Source: Roseiarcus sp.
GTDB taxonomy: Bacteria > Pseudomonadota > Alphaproteobacteria > Rhizobiales > Beijerinckiaceae
DNA length: 46,247 bases
NCBI GenBank assembly: GCA_036510135.1
Contig: DATCEJ010000177.1
Coordinates: 1 to 46,247 of the forward strand
Direction of reading: 5' to 3'
Shown: positions 9,205 through 19,414 of the stretch, piece after piece
How positions within the stretch are numbered: the stretch's first letter is position 1
Layout: every line of letters starts with the position of its first letter
The notes under the pieces: generated by a model
Told to the model about the DNA's origin: nothing
Seen by the model: the letters and a program-made list of their open reading frames with translations, nothing else
Database searches by the model: none
Position numbers and translations under genes: made by a program

Positions 9205-9667
9205 AAATCCTAGCCGAAAAGCCTGCAGGCTAACTGCTTGATCTGCGCATCCGCGATCGCCGGCCTGGCGCTCAATGCTTCCTAAGGCTGTGCGCAAATG
9301 ACCGCTGTTTACGCCAACGCGACCCCCGTATCTCTCCGGAGTCGACGTAAAGCAGTCATCTGCCGATCGAGGCCGCACACATCAGGCGCTCTCGATCCTG
9401 GGCTGAAACCAAGACTCGGTAACGGCGTCGCCGCGTGAGGTTGGGTTGACGAAATCGGCCGCCGAGTCGTCCCCACGGCTGTCATCCTCGGGAGGGCGCC
9501 CCTGATCGCCGAATGATCATCGCGCGGCCGCATCGGGCACGCGGTGACGGCGCGAGGAGCGGGTTGCGAGGAATTGAGGCCGTTTGGGCCTCATTGGCCG
9601 CCTGACGGATCTGAGATCGCCCCGGCCCGTCGCCTTGGCTTCGACGCGCGCAAACCCCGCCGCTGCA

Positions 9668-10265
9668 AGTGTCGAAGAGCCGGATCGCATCCAATAGGCG
9701 AAAGGTGATCGCGAGCGTGATCATCGGCGCGAGCAAAGGCGGCGTGATGAGTCGAAACGCAAGCCAGCCCCCGATGCCGTCGAATTCACTGGCTTCATAA
9801 AGGTTGGGCGGAATCGACGTCAAACCAGCGAGCAGAGTGACAAACATGAACGGCGTCCATTGCCACACGTCGGAAAGGATGAGCGCGAAGTAAACCCACG
9901 GACTTTCAGATAGCCATCCGATCGTGACTGCACGATGCGGGAGCTGTCCCAGAAGATAATTCGTCGGACCGAACGGGCGTTGCAGGAGCAGCGCCCAGGC
10001 CTGGCCGACAATCACTGGGCTTATGAACAGCGGGATGATCAAGATGGACATTACCAGGCTCCGACCCGGAAAAGGCCTCACCATTGCTAGCGCCAGACCA
10101 AGACCTAGGGCGAACTCGATGGTCACGTTTGCGGCGGACCGCATCACGGTGAGGGCCAAGGACCAACGCGCCACCGGATCGAACACCACCTGTGAAAAAT
10201 TCTTCAGGCCGGCGAAAGCGTGACCGGGAATTTGAAAATCGTAATTGACGAAGTTGACCCATAAT
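9668..10265 (-). pseudogene. CUT1 sugar ABC permease, internal fragment
   Basis: WQWTPFMF..LLAGL.SIP..LYEA..DG EAA motif. Both termini are missing; homology stops at RLFDT. Confidence 0.85.
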
Positions 10266-10355
10266 GAACGTTCGTCGGGTTGGTTCTCCTTTGAGCCAAG
10301 CGTCGACATCCGCCGCCAGACCCGCTTCGAAATCGCGTTTTTCACGATTCTCCAT
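10262..10355 (-). pseudogene. N-terminal stub of a Tat-exported sugar-binding protein fused by deletion to the permease
   Basis: GGAGGAG RBS, then MENREKRDFEAGLAADVDAWLKGEPTRRTFI (twin-Arg), then an abrupt switch into permease sequence. Confidence 0.6.
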
Positions 10356-10506
10356 GGCCGCTTCTCCTCCCGTTGGAGTTCCGCCCGGATCGACCGGGTT
10401 CACGCCTTGCCCACCGGTTCCGAGCGCGCTCGGCCAGGTTGGTCGCTTCAATCGCCGCGCCAATTGCACAAAGGTCCGGCGCGCACGCGATGTTCCTTGT
10501 TGACGG

Positions 10507-11556
10507 TCAGTCACCAAAGCGCCGGCCGAACGTATCCAATCGCGCCTTCCATAAGTTCATATCGAGGACCTGGCGATTGACGACTCCGCGCGGGTTTCGA
10601 CCGTGCTGAACGTCGAGCACGGCTTTGACATCGGCGGCGCCATTTCCCGCAAAACATTGATCCGTCCAGCACAGCGCGTGCGGCGACAAGATGACGCTGT
10701 CGAGCTTGAGAATGGGATCGTCGACATCCGGGGGTTCTTGTTCGAGCACGTCTAGCCCGGCGCCGGCGATGCGGCCCTCCTGCAAGGCTTTCGTCAGTGC
10801 TTTTTGGTCGACGATCGGTCCCCGCGCTGTGTTGATGAGGAAGGCAGATGGCTTCATCAGCGCAAGGCGTTCGGCGTTGACGAGATGCCGGGTTTGCGCG
10901 GTCAACGGACAACTCACGGAAACGATGTCCGCTTGTCTGAAGACGTCGTCGAGCGCCACGAGTTCGATGCCGAGTTCGGCAACCACAGTCGAATCCGCGA
11001 AAGGGTCGTGAGCGATGAAGCGCATATCGAACGGCTTCGCCATGCGAAACAACTCAGCCCCGATATTGCCCATGCCCACGGATCCAAGCGTGCGTCCGAC
11101 CAAGCCCGCGCCCATGTGATCTGAGCGTTTGGCGAAGCCGGCGGCGGCTTCACGAGCGAGCCGGTCTTTGATTATCAGCTGACCCGTCAGAGCGAGCGTC
11201 AACGTGACGATTGAAACCGCGACCGGGCGACGCACGCCGTCTGGCGTAATGACGAGCGCGATGCCCGCCTGCGTGCAAGCGTCGACGTCCACGGTGTCAT
11301 ATCCGACCCCGAAGCGCGCGACGATCGCAAGGCGTCCGCTTTTGGGAACGCTCTCCGCGGCAAAGCGATGGGCGAGCAGTATGAGCGCGTCGAAATCTTC
11401 GAGTTGGCCGGCGCGCAAAGGATTGGCGTAATTCAGAAACACAACTTCGACGCCTTTGGCCGCGTGCAACGGCGCGAGATCGAAGTCGGGGTAGGTCGGC
11501 GATCCGTCCGCCTTTCGAAAGTCGCCTGACAGAGCGACACGGAACTTGTCAGTCAT
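10507..11556 (-). CDS. D-isomer-specific 2-hydroxyacid dehydrogenase
   Basis: RFGVGYD, GMGNIG, INTARGPIVD, GLDVLEQEP, SPH motifs. Confidence 0.92.
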   Translation of the reverse strand: MTDKFRVALSGDFRKADGSPTYPDFDLAPLHAAKGVEVVFLNYANPLRAGQLEDFDALILLAHRFAAESVPKSGRLAIVARFGVGYDTVDVDACTQAGIALVITPDGVRRPVAVSIVTLTLALTGQLIIKDRLAREAAAGFAKRSDHMGAGLVGRTLGSVGMGNIGAELFRMAKPFDMRFIAHDPFADSTVVAELGIELVALDDVFRQADIVSVSCPLTAQTRHLVNAERLALMKPSAFLINTARGPIVDQKALTKALQEGRIAGAGLDVLEQEPPDVDDPILKLDSVILSPHALCWTDQCFAGNGAADVKAVLDVQHGRNPRGVVNRQVLDMNLWKARLDTFGRRFGD

Positions 11557-11560
11557 CGCT

Positions 11561-12349
11561 CTAGCTCCGGTTCGCCCTCACGCCTTCACGCAGACCCGTG
11601 ATCGCTTCCGCAAGGGCGTTGTGGAGCACCCAGACGTCGCCGGAATAGCAAATGAAATCGAAACCGGCGCCGTAGAGCTCGACGCCGAGTTCCACCGTTG
11701 GGACCAGTCGCCCCAGCGCTTTCTTATGTTTTTGGCAGGCCGCAATGGTGCGGTCGATCGCTCGCCTGAAATCTGGATGATCAAATTGACCGGGTATGCC
11801 GAGCGAAACGGATAAATCAAAGTGACCCACCCAAAGAGCGTCGACGCCGTCGATCGAGGCTATCGCTTCGGCGTTCTCTACGCCGGCCGCAGTTTCAATC
11901 TGACAGAACAGTGTCGATCGATTGTTCGCCGCGGCGAATTTCTCGGGCACTGCTCCGGGGCGGTAACGGTCATGAGCGACCTGCAAAGCGACGCCTCGAC
12001 CGCCAGCAGGGTGGTATTTCATCCCATGTACGATCTGGCGGGCTTCCTCCGCGGTGCTCACCATTGGCAGCATCAGCCCTTCGGCGCCCATGTCCATCGC
12101 GCGGGCGATGTGGTGGTATTCTTTCGAAGGAACGCGGACGATGGCGGGAAGCTCAGCCGCTTCGAAATACCGCATGACGCTCTTGACGGTCTCGAAATGG
12201 AAACCGGAATGCTCAAGGTCGAAGAGGACGAAGTCACAACCGGCTGACTTCAAGATGTGCCCGATGCCCGGCGTTGCGAACTCGACAATAAAATGCCCGA
12301 ACTTCGGCGATTTCGTCTTCGCCATGGCTTTGAGCGCACTGTCCGCCAT
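11561..12349 (-). CDS. HpcH/HpaI-family aldolase
   Basis: DLEHS, VRVP, PMV, QIET..GVEN, GHFDLSVSLG. Start ATG at 12349 after a GGAGGG RBS. Confidence 0.9.
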   Translation of the reverse strand: MADSALKAMAKTKSPKFGHFIVEFATPGIGHILKSAGCDFVLFDLEHSGFHFETVKSVMRYFEAAELPAIVRVPSKEYHHIARAMDMGAEGLMLPMVSTAEEARQIVHGMKYHPAGGRGVALQVAHDRYRPGAVPEKFAAANNRSTLFCQIETAAGVENAEAIASIDGVDALWVGHFDLSVSLGIPGQFDHPDFRRAIDRTIAACQKHKKALGRLVPTVELGVELYGAGFDFICYSGDVWVLHNALAEAITGLREGVRANRS

Positions 12350-12416
12350 CGCCTTTCCCTCCGTTGATCCGCCGGCTCTTTGACCGTGCGCGTCGCTCTC
12401 GTGATTGTTGGTTTCG

Positions 12417-12722
12417 CTAAGCAGAGCCCTCGCAGACCAGTGCGCCAAAGCGAACCGGCTTGCTCACGACGAGTCCCGCGCTTGCGGCGTCGAAGCGGGC
12501 GTAGTGCTCGGATCGCATATGTGCATCGAAGTCCGTTCGATCGCGGTAGATTTCATAAAGCAGGATCGCGTCGGCGGCGCCGTGGGGTTCGATCACGTCG
12601 AAACGTCGACAATCGGGCTCCATCTCAGCCGATTGACGGGCATTGATGTCGACCAGCTCGCGAAACGTCTCGAGCGCACCGGGCTTGAGATGAAAATCGA
12701 CTAAGACCACATAGCCGCTCAT
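12417..12722 (-). CDS. Antibiotic biosynthesis monooxygenase (ABM/LsrG-like) protein
   Basis: 101 aa with S.EPDC..FDV...LYE.Y....F.AH....HY pattern. Overlaps the GntR stop. Confidence 0.88.
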   Translation of the reverse strand: MSGYVVLVDFHLKPGALETFRELVDINARQSAEMEPDCRRFDVIEPHGAADAILLYEIYRDRTDFDAHMRSEHYARFDAASAGLVVSKPVRFGALVCEGSA

Positions 12723-13429
12723 CGCCTCGCCTCCACGATTTCTCCATAGCGCCGCGCGACGTGGTCGAGATGATCATTCATCGCCCTTTCGGCACGGTCA
12801 GGATTTCGTTCGGCCACCGCGCTGAAAATCGCCTGATGGGCCTCATAAGCGATCTGATCCTCGCCCGCGGCCAATGTCGCCTTACGCTGCTCCAATAGCC
12901 GTTCGGCGAAGGCGGCATGGATCGCGAGGAAGATGGGATTTCTAGGGATCGCCGCCAACACATAATGGAATGCGACGTCGGTCGTCTGAAAGCGATCGAG
13001 ATCCCCGAACGACTGGCGATTGTTTTCCAGCGCGATCTCGAAGTCGGCAATATCTTGCCTCGTCGCGAAGTTGGCGGCGTGGCGGAAAAGGCCAACCTCA
13101 AAGAAGGCGCGAGCCCACTGGAACTCCTGCACGCCATTGGGCGCGGAAAGCATGTGCCGCGCTGTACCCGCCAATACGTTGACAATCAGTTGCGGCGTTG
13201 GCCGGGTCACCCGGGCGCGTTCGCCAGAACGAAGCTCGACGACCCCCATCTTGCGCAAATGGAACAGCGCCTCCCGGACGGCTGGCCGGCCAACGCCAAA
13301 ATGCTTCATGAGATCGCGCTCTGACGGCAGCAAGTCAGACGGCGCGTACGCGCCGGCCTGGATCAGCTTGTCGAGATGATCCGCGACGTCCTCATAGAGC
13401 TTACGGCGTCGGATCGCCACGGTCGCCAT
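12719..13429 (-). CDS. GntR/FadR-family (NanR-like) regulator
   Basis: LPSERDL..FGVGRPAVREAL wHTH plus FCD domain (DVAFH..LA..N). Confidence 0.92.
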   Translation of the reverse strand: MATVAIRRRKLYEDVADHLDKLIQAGAYAPSDLLPSERDLMKHFGVGRPAVREALFHLRKMGVVELRSGERARVTRPTPQLIVNVLAGTARHMLSAPNGVQEFQWARAFFEVGLFRHAANFATRQDIADFEIALENNRQSFGDLDRFQTTDVAFHYVLAAIPRNPIFLAIHAAFAERLLEQRKATLAAGEDQIAYEAHQAIFSAVAERNPDRAERAMNDHLDHVARRYGEIVEARR

Positions 13430-13430
13430 T

Positions 13431-13451
13431 TTGGTATACCTTTGATACCAA
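13431..13451. promoter_or_regulatory. Probable GntR operator (autoregulation)
   Basis: Inverted repeat TTGGTAT-N7-ATACCAA, also containing GGTATACC, lying 1 nt upstream of the regulator ATG. TGGT..ACCA is the FadR-subfamily signature. Confidence 0.65.
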
Positions 13452-13689
13452 TCACCGAAAGTTATAAGTGTCGCGTGGGCGCCGTCAAAGGAATTTCACG
13501 GCGCTGACAGGGTCCGGCCTGACTTTTCTGACGCCGCCGCTCGCCAGGTATATCGATGAGTTTCCGAGAGCCAGTGCGGCGACCAGCAGTCTGTTCCTCT
13601 GAGGGGAAAGTTCATGTCCGACACGCTCGCTTCCTGTGAATCCGCCTCGCTGGGGAAGCTGGTGCTTCGCCTTGATCGCAACGGTGCAT

Positions 13690-14061
13690 TCGCACGCGCC
13701 GACGCCAATCGTCGCCGCGATCGCCGCCTCTATCGGCCATCTCGCAACATTGATCAGCGCCAGCATGGTCACATTGGCCAGCGCGAAGTTCGAGCCGACG
13801 CTGAGATCGATCCCGCCGGCGAGCATAACGATCGTCAGGCCAACGACGATCAGTCCAAATTCGCCGATCTGCCGCGAGACGTCGGAGATGTTTCCGACCG
13901 CAGTGAAGTTTGGAATCGCCGTCGCAAGAAAAATCGCCAGCGCGATGAGCAGGGTGACGGGAATGACATTCTCCATCCACCTCCTGCCGAGCACCTCGCC
14001 GACCACATGATCGGGGGCATATCGATAGCGTAACCTTGCGGCCCACTCGCCGATCGGTCAT
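13690..14061 (-). pseudogene. CUT2 sugar ABC permease, 5' fragment
   Basis: GGIDLSVGS motif. Frameshift just after the ATG at 14061. Truncated near 13690. Confidence 0.8.
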
Positions 14062-14082
14062 CTGATGTTTCCGGGGGGCGAC

Positions 14083-14117
14083 AAAAAAACGCGCCGAGCC
14101 GTTTTGCGGCTCAGCGC
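14083..14117 (-). terminator. Rho-independent terminator/attenuator after the SBP gene
   Basis: Minus strand GCGCTGAGCCG-CAAAA-CGGCTCGGCGC-GTTTTTTT. Confidence 0.7.
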
Positions 14118-14137
14118 TTTAACCGACGAGCGAGTTC

Positions 14138-15097
14138 TTATTTCTTGAGGTCTTTGGCGCTCCAGCAGAGGCCAGGCCGAAGGGTGTCCTTGGAGATGAC
14201 GAGTTGGAGGCTGTAGACGACCGCCTTCAGCTTCCCCGGCTTCCGCCCGGACTCCAGCACGGTCACGATCATGTCGTTCAGATCGCGTCCCTGATCCATG
14301 ACCTGATAGGCGATCTCCTTCTCGAACACGCCCTTCTCCACATTGTCGCAGGCCATCTGCTCGCCGCCGCCGGAAGTGACGAGCAAGTCCATGACATCCC
14401 AGAATCCAACCACCCCGCAGAGATCGGGGTTCTGTTGAATGACGGTCGATATCACAGACCGGGCTTTGGTCGCATCCCATTCCCCGGCCTGGTTGGCCAC
14501 AACCTTGATTTCGGGATGTTTGCTGAAGACGTTGTCGGCGCCTTTCATCATTCCGCTGTCCGACCCGGAGGTCGGCTGCCCCTGCAGGATGGCAACCTTG
14601 CCGCTCGTCCCGGCGCCGCATTTGTCGACGACCGCTTGCGCCTCCGCCTCGCCGATCCCGATCCAGTCGGCGCCGACATAGACGTCGGAATTGTAGTTCG
14701 ACCTCATGTTGATCTGAACGACGTGGATGCCGGCTTCTTCGGCGCGCTTCAGGAGCTTGGCGTAGGCCTGGACGTCAGGATTGTGAACGACAATGACGTC
14801 CGGCTCCTCCGCGATGAGCGCAGTGATGGCCTCGGCGCCGCGATCCGCGCTGAATTGGGGGTCGCGGATCTCGAACTTCATGCCGAGACGGTCGGCTTGT
14901 TTTTTCATGACCGACGCCCACCCCTCAGTGAGGTCGATGCCCATGGTGACCGGCACGAAGGCGATCGTTTTGCCCTCGAACGTCTTGAAGGCAATCGGCG
15001 CGCCGCGGATCGTCGATTCCCTGGGCGACGGCGTGCGCCATACCGGTCAGCGAGAGCGCGAACCCGAGGGCCGCGCCACGATCTGTCTCTTTCTCAT
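14138..15097 (-). pseudogene. RbsB-type periplasmic sugar-binding protein, degraded
   Basis: Peripla_BP-type body (14138-14956). Signal peptide from ATG 15097 is broken by frameshifts. Apparent internal deletion at WDVMD/LLVTSGGG. Confidence 0.8.
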
Positions 15098-15127
15098 ATT
15101 TCATTCTCCCTTGTGTTTGACGGCGTC

Positions 15128-15760
15128 TCAGAAGCCGCCTTGTTGCGCGGTCTGCTCATCGCGCGGGCTGACCGCGCGTTCGGGACGATGGGGATGAGCA
15201 GGATCAAACTCCGATCCTCGTCCTGAGTTTCATTTCTTGTCGAGGGCGCAAGCGAAATTCGCGGCGGCATTGGTATCTCCGTCGCCCTTGTACCAAGCGC
15301 GTTGCGGATAGGGGCAGAGCGGCCGCTGCATCTCGATCCCCTTTGACGCATCGCCGCCGACGAATTTCGTCGCGATGACTTGAGCCGGCGCAACGCCGTC
15401 CTCGACCCAATGTGAGAGCGCGGTGAACATATCGCGCTTGGGGTCTGCGGCTGGCGGCTGCGCTCCGCCGAAAGCTGCAGAGTCGAACCGGTTGGGACCT
15501 GTGCCGAAGCCGCAGTGATCCATGCCGGGAACCATAAAGAGCCGAGCGAATTCCTTCGTTTTCTCCTCGCCGCCGAACCTGGCCAAAAGATCTTTATAAC
15601 GACGGCGGTGTTCGTGCTGGCGACGGCGGTCGCGGTGATGAGTCCCGCCAGGTAGGCGGCCGTCGCGGAGACTGCATATTGCAGGACGATGATCGGACGC
15701 ACCGGAGCGCCGGAGATCCGCGCTGCGGCAAAATTGTCGCCGATCGCGTAGATGAACGCC
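15128..15760 (-). pseudogene. CUT2 ABC permease C-terminal remnant, interrupted by a tannase fragment
   Basis: FIYAIGDNFAAARISGAPVRPIIVLQY...NTAVV (15760-15600) and SLILLIPIV...PRDEQTAQQGGF* (15215-15128). Confidence 0.7.
15230..15600 (-). pseudogene. Tannase/feruloyl esterase family C-terminal fragment
   Basis: ARLFMVPGMDHCGFG (catalytic His-Cys), AL..WVE.G.AP, RPLCPYP..A.Y.G.GD...AANF.C. Confidence 0.88.
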
Positions 15761-16159
15761 AGCGCGGGTGTCGGCGCGCTCTTCGAGGCGCGGAAACATG
15801 CGGAACATGTCCGCCATCGCCCATCGGCCGCCGGCCTTCCCGGGCTTCTCGCCGAGCTGCAGGTTCTGGCGCACCGTCAGCGCCGAAAAAACGTCGCGCG
15901 TCTCGGGGACATAGCCCAGCCCCTTCAGCGCCGTCTGATGCGGCTTCAGCCCCGCGATTTCCTGGCCGCGAAAGCGGATCGAGCCCTTCGGCGGGACATC
16001 GCCCATGATCGCCTTGATCGTGGTCGAGCGGCCGACGCCGTTGCGGCCAAGCAGCGCGACGATCTCGCCCTCGCCGACCTGAAACGTCACGCCGTGCAGG
16101 ATGTGGCTCTTGCCGTAATAGGCCTCGAGCCCGGCGACTTCGAGGAGCGGCTCGCCCAT
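15756..16159 (-). pseudogene. livF: LivF-type ABC ATPase, 5' half
   Basis: MGEPLLEVAGLEAYYGKSHILHG..GRNGVGRST..YVPE..FPRLEER. Truncated just before the LSGGE signature. Confidence 0.85.
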
Positions 16160-16735
16160 CACGCCTCCGCCTGCCCGAGATAGGCCTCGCGCACCGCAGG
16201 GTCTTCGCGGATGCGCTCGGGCGTGTCGCTCGCGATGATCTCGCCGTATACCAGCACGGAAATGCGACCGGCCAGGCTGAACACGACGCCCACGTCGTGC
16301 TCTACCATGATCAGCGTCTTGCCCTCCGTCACCTTGCGGATGAGGGCGACCACCTGTTCGCTTTCGCTGTTGTTCATTCCCGCCGTCGGCTCGTCGAGCA
16401 GCACGACGTCGGCGTCGCCGCCTATGGTCACGCCGATTTCCAGCGCCCTCTGCTCGGCATAACTCAGGACGCCCGCTGGGACATCGCGGCGCGCGGCGAG
16501 GCCGACGCGCTCCATCAGCCATTCCGTGCGTTCGCGAACGTCGCGCAGCCTGGCGACGAAGGTCCAGAACGAACATTTGTGGCCGAGCGACCACAGCACA
16601 GCGCAGCGCAGATTTTCCTCGACCGACATTTTGGGGAAGATGTTGGTGATCTGGAAGCTGCGCGACAGGCCGCGACGATTGATCTCGAACGGCGAGAGCC
16701 CGTTGATCGGCTGGCCGCGCAGGCGAGACCCTCGC
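16159..16735 (-). pseudogene. livG: LivG-type ABC ATPase lacking its N-terminus/Walker A
   Basis: RSFQ, LSYAEQRALE, LLDEPTAG, VEHD, V.EAYLG. No GxxGxGK motif. Confidence 0.85.
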
Positions 16736-16869
16736 CGCCGTGAGGGAGAAATCCACTCATCCGTTGTCCGAATTCGCAAGGCCAACTTTGACGGCCGAGA
16801 TGCGCGACCGTCAAAGCAACTGATCCCTCGGGGCGCCTCAGCGTCGCAACCTTAGGCTCGGGCCTGGAC

Positions 16870-16895
16870 GGAACATAGGAAACGATCGAAGGGTT
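16870..16895 (+). promoter_or_regulatory. EcfG/sigmaT-type (general stress response) promoter
   Basis: GGAAC-N17-GGTT about 55 nt upstream of the GMC start. Confidence 0.6.
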
Positions 16896-16950
16896 TGAAC
16901 CCAGTCGACGCCACGATGCCGGCGCCTCGGCTCTTTCTCGGAGATGGCGA

Positions 16951-18513
16951 GTGAGCGATGCTTATGACCTCATTGTGATCGGCAGCGGTCCGGGTGGAGC
17001 CTCGCTCGCCCATCGCCTCGCGCCGACTGGCAAGCGCATTCTCATTCTCGAGCGTGGGGGTTATCTGCCTCGGGAGGCAGCAAACTGGAGCGCTGAGTCC
17101 GTGTTTGTCGATGGCCGCTATCAGGCGCCGGAAATCTGGACCAACCGCAAAGGCGAGACTTTCAGTCCGGCGCTTCACTATTATGTCGGCGGAAATTCCA
17201 AGGTTTACGGCGCGGCGTTGTTTCGGCTGCGCGAGCGGGATTTCGGCGAGGTCGTCCACAAGGGCGGCTTGTCGCCAGCCTGGCCACTCGACTATGCGGC
17301 CTTTGCGCATTGGTACGATGAAGCCGAGAAACTGTTTGAGGTCCATGGGGCGCGTGGCGAGGATCCGCTGGAGCCGCCAAGCGGCAGTCCCTATCCCTTT
17401 GCGGCCATTCGGCACGAACCCAAGGTTCAGGAGTTATCGGACCGGCTGAGCGCGATCGGGCTGCACCCGTTCCACCTGCCGCTCGGCGTGCGCCTCGATC
17501 AGGATGCCGACGGCTTGGCGACGCCAAGCAGCCCCTGTATGCGGTGCTCGTATTTCGACGGCTTTCCTTGCCCGATGAACGGCAAGGCGGATGCGCAGGT
17601 GATGTGCGTCGACCCGATGGTCCGGGCGCACGACAATGTGAAGCTGCGGACGGGAGCGTATGTGTCGCGGCTCGACACGGATGAGAGCGGCCGGCGGATC
17701 ACGGCGGTGCGCGTCACGCGCGACGGTCGCGAGGAGATTTATTCCGCTCCAGTCGTCGTCGTCGCCTGTGGGGCCCTGTCCTCGGCGCTCCTGCTGTTGC
17801 GCTCGGCCAATGGGCAGCATCCAAACGGCCTCGCCAACGGCTCCGATCAGGTCGGCCGCAATTACATGCGTCACGAAATGTCGATCGTGATGGCGGTCAT
17901 GAAGGAAGCTAACGAAACGATCTTCCAGAAAACGCTGGCGCTGAGCGACTTCTACTTCGGCGCGCCCGCCTGCGACCATCCTCTTGGTCTTATTCAGATG
18001 TGCGCCACGAGCCATACCGAACAGATCAAGGGGGAAGCGCTTCCGGCTTGGCTGGAATGGGCGCCGGACATGCCATTCCAGGAAATGGCGCGCCACTCGA
18101 TGGATTTCTGGCTGCAGACCGAGGATCTGCCGAACCCCGAGAACCGGGTCTATTACAAGGACGGCCGGGTGCACCTCGATGTCGAGCCTACCAATCTGGA
18201 AGCCCTCGCCCAACTCAAGTGGAAGCTGAAGGAGATCCTCTCGAAGATCGGTTGGCCCGCTGTTCTCGTAGAACGCTCGCTCTATCTCGGCAAGGACATC
18301 CCGATCTCCGGCACGGCGCATCAGGCCGGGACCTGCCGGTTTGGGACCGATCCGGCGACCTCCGTGCTCGATCTCGACTGCCGCGCCCACGAGGTCGACA
18401 ATCTCTATGTGACGGACGCGAGCTTTTTTCCCTCGATCGGCGCGGTCAATCCGACGCTCACCATCATCGCCAACGCCCTGCGCGTGGCCGACATTCTGAA
18501 GGCGCGGCTATGA
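16951..18513 (+). CDS. GMC-family FAD oxidoreductase
   Basis: GSGPGG FAD motif, CMRCSYFDGFPC Cys cluster, AHQAGT, AVNPTLTI. GTG start after GGAG. No signal peptide. Confidence 0.93.
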   Translation: MSDAYDLIVIGSGPGGASLAHRLAPTGKRILILERGGYLPREAANWSAESVFVDGRYQAPEIWTNRKGETFSPALHYYVGGNSKVYGAALFRLRERDFGEVVHKGGLSPAWPLDYAAFAHWYDEAEKLFEVHGARGEDPLEPPSGSPYPFAAIRHEPKVQELSDRLSAIGLHPFHLPLGVRLDQDADGLATPSSPCMRCSYFDGFPCPMNGKADAQVMCVDPMVRAHDNVKLRTGAYVSRLDTDESGRRITAVRVTRDGREEIYSAPVVVVACGALSSALLLLRSANGQHPNGLANGSDQVGRNYMRHEMSIVMAVMKEANETIFQKTLALSDFYFGAPACDHPLGLIQMCATSHTEQIKGEALPAWLEWAPDMPFQEMARHSMDFWLQTEDLPNPENRVYYKDGRVHLDVEPTNLEALAQLKWKLKEILSKIGWPAVLVERSLYLGKDIPISGTAHQAGTCRFGTDPATSVLDLDCRAHEVDNLYVTDASFFPSIGAVNPTLTIIANALRVADILKARL

Positions 18514-18971
18514 GCGCCGGGATCGCGGCGCTGCTCGTCCGCTGCGGCATGGTGTTGCTGTTCCTGCCGTTCAGCGCGCTCGACAAGCTTGTGAACTTCC
18601 ACAATGCGGCGAAGCAGGCTCAGGAGGTTTTCCGGCCCCGCGCGCTCGCGATCGCCGTGCTGATGACTGGGCTTGCGATCGAAATCTTCTGCACGCTCGG
18701 CGTTGTTACCGGAATCGCCGACCGGGCTTCGTCTTTGATCATCGCCGGCTATTGCGCGGTGACGGCTTTGCTGTTCAAGCGGTTCTGGGCGCAGGGCGAC
18801 TTCTGGTCCGACCCGAACGGCAAGGGGCGCGGGTTGTTCTGGGATTTTCTGAAGAATATGTCGCTCGCGGCCGGCTTCCTTCTGCTCGTCGTCGGAGCTG
18901 ACGGGGCCGGCCTACGGACCTTTGTCGATCATCCGTTCGCCTCCACCCACCCCTACAGGAGTCTGCCATGA
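18510..18971 (+). CDS. DoxX-family membrane protein
   Basis: 4 TM helices, SALDK..N, IE, F..FW, FLKN.SLAAGFL. ATGA overlap with the GMC stop. Confidence 0.88.
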   Translation: MSAGIAALLVRCGMVLLFLPFSALDKLVNFHNAAKQAQEVFRPRALAIAVLMTGLAIEIFCTLGVVTGIADRASSLIIAGYCAVTALLFKRFWAQGDFWSDPNGKGRGLFWDFLKNMSLAAGFLLLVVGADGAGLRTFVDHPFASTHPYRSLP

Positions 18972-19414
18972 GCGACTCCGGGCCGCCGCCGCGCACGGCC
19001 TATTGGCGCCTCTACGTGGACGCGAAGGGCGTGAGCCGCTTCGAGGAATGCGCCCTAGCCGATTACGCGCTCAAAGGCGTCGGCCCCGCCGACCCGCAAT
19101 GGAGCGACAAGATGGAGCGCGGCGAGGCGACTGTGGTCTTCACCGTCCAGCCCGTTGGATGGGTTGGCGACTGGCACGAAAACCCCGCCCCGCAATGGAT
19201 CGTCGTCTTGGCAGGCCGCTGGTGGATCGAGAGCATGGACGGCTTCCGCGTCGAGCAGGGGGCAGGCGAATTCTCGTTCGGCGAGGATCAGGGGTGCCAT
19301 GAGACGAACGGAAAGAAGGGGCACCGCTCGGGAACAATAGGCGACGAGCCGTGCCGTCTCATGACGGTCCAGCTTCATCGCGCGCCGCGGCGCGGGCCTG
19401 GCGGCCCTCGGTGA
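18968..19414 (+). CDS. Cupin-domain protein
   Basis: WHENPAPQW..L.G.W.IE..DG, GED, GH.S. ATGA overlap. Confidence 0.85.
   Translation: MSDSGPPPRTAYWRLYVDAKGVSRFEECALADYALKGVGPADPQWSDKMERGEATVVFTVQPVGWVGDWHENPAPQWIVVLAGRWWIESMDGFRVEQGAGEFSFGEDQGCHETNGKKGHRSGTIGDEPCRLMTVQLHRAPRRGPGGPR

Noticed and set aside
13485-13700. GAGGGG RBS + MSDTLASCESASLGKLVLRLDRNG on the + strand
   Set aside because: Probably another gene scrap, but I cannot assign a family, and the ORF runs antisense into the permease.
16020-16050. LivF Walker A GRNGVGRST (Lys to Arg)
   Set aside because: I recall this variant in intact members of this LivF subfamily, so it is not diagnostic of decay.
15230-16756. 508-aa ORF as a genuine ATPase-esterase fusion
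   Set aside because: Partly shadow frames of livG and a permease. The ATPase lacks the signature and Walker B motifs; the esterase lacks its catalytic Ser region.
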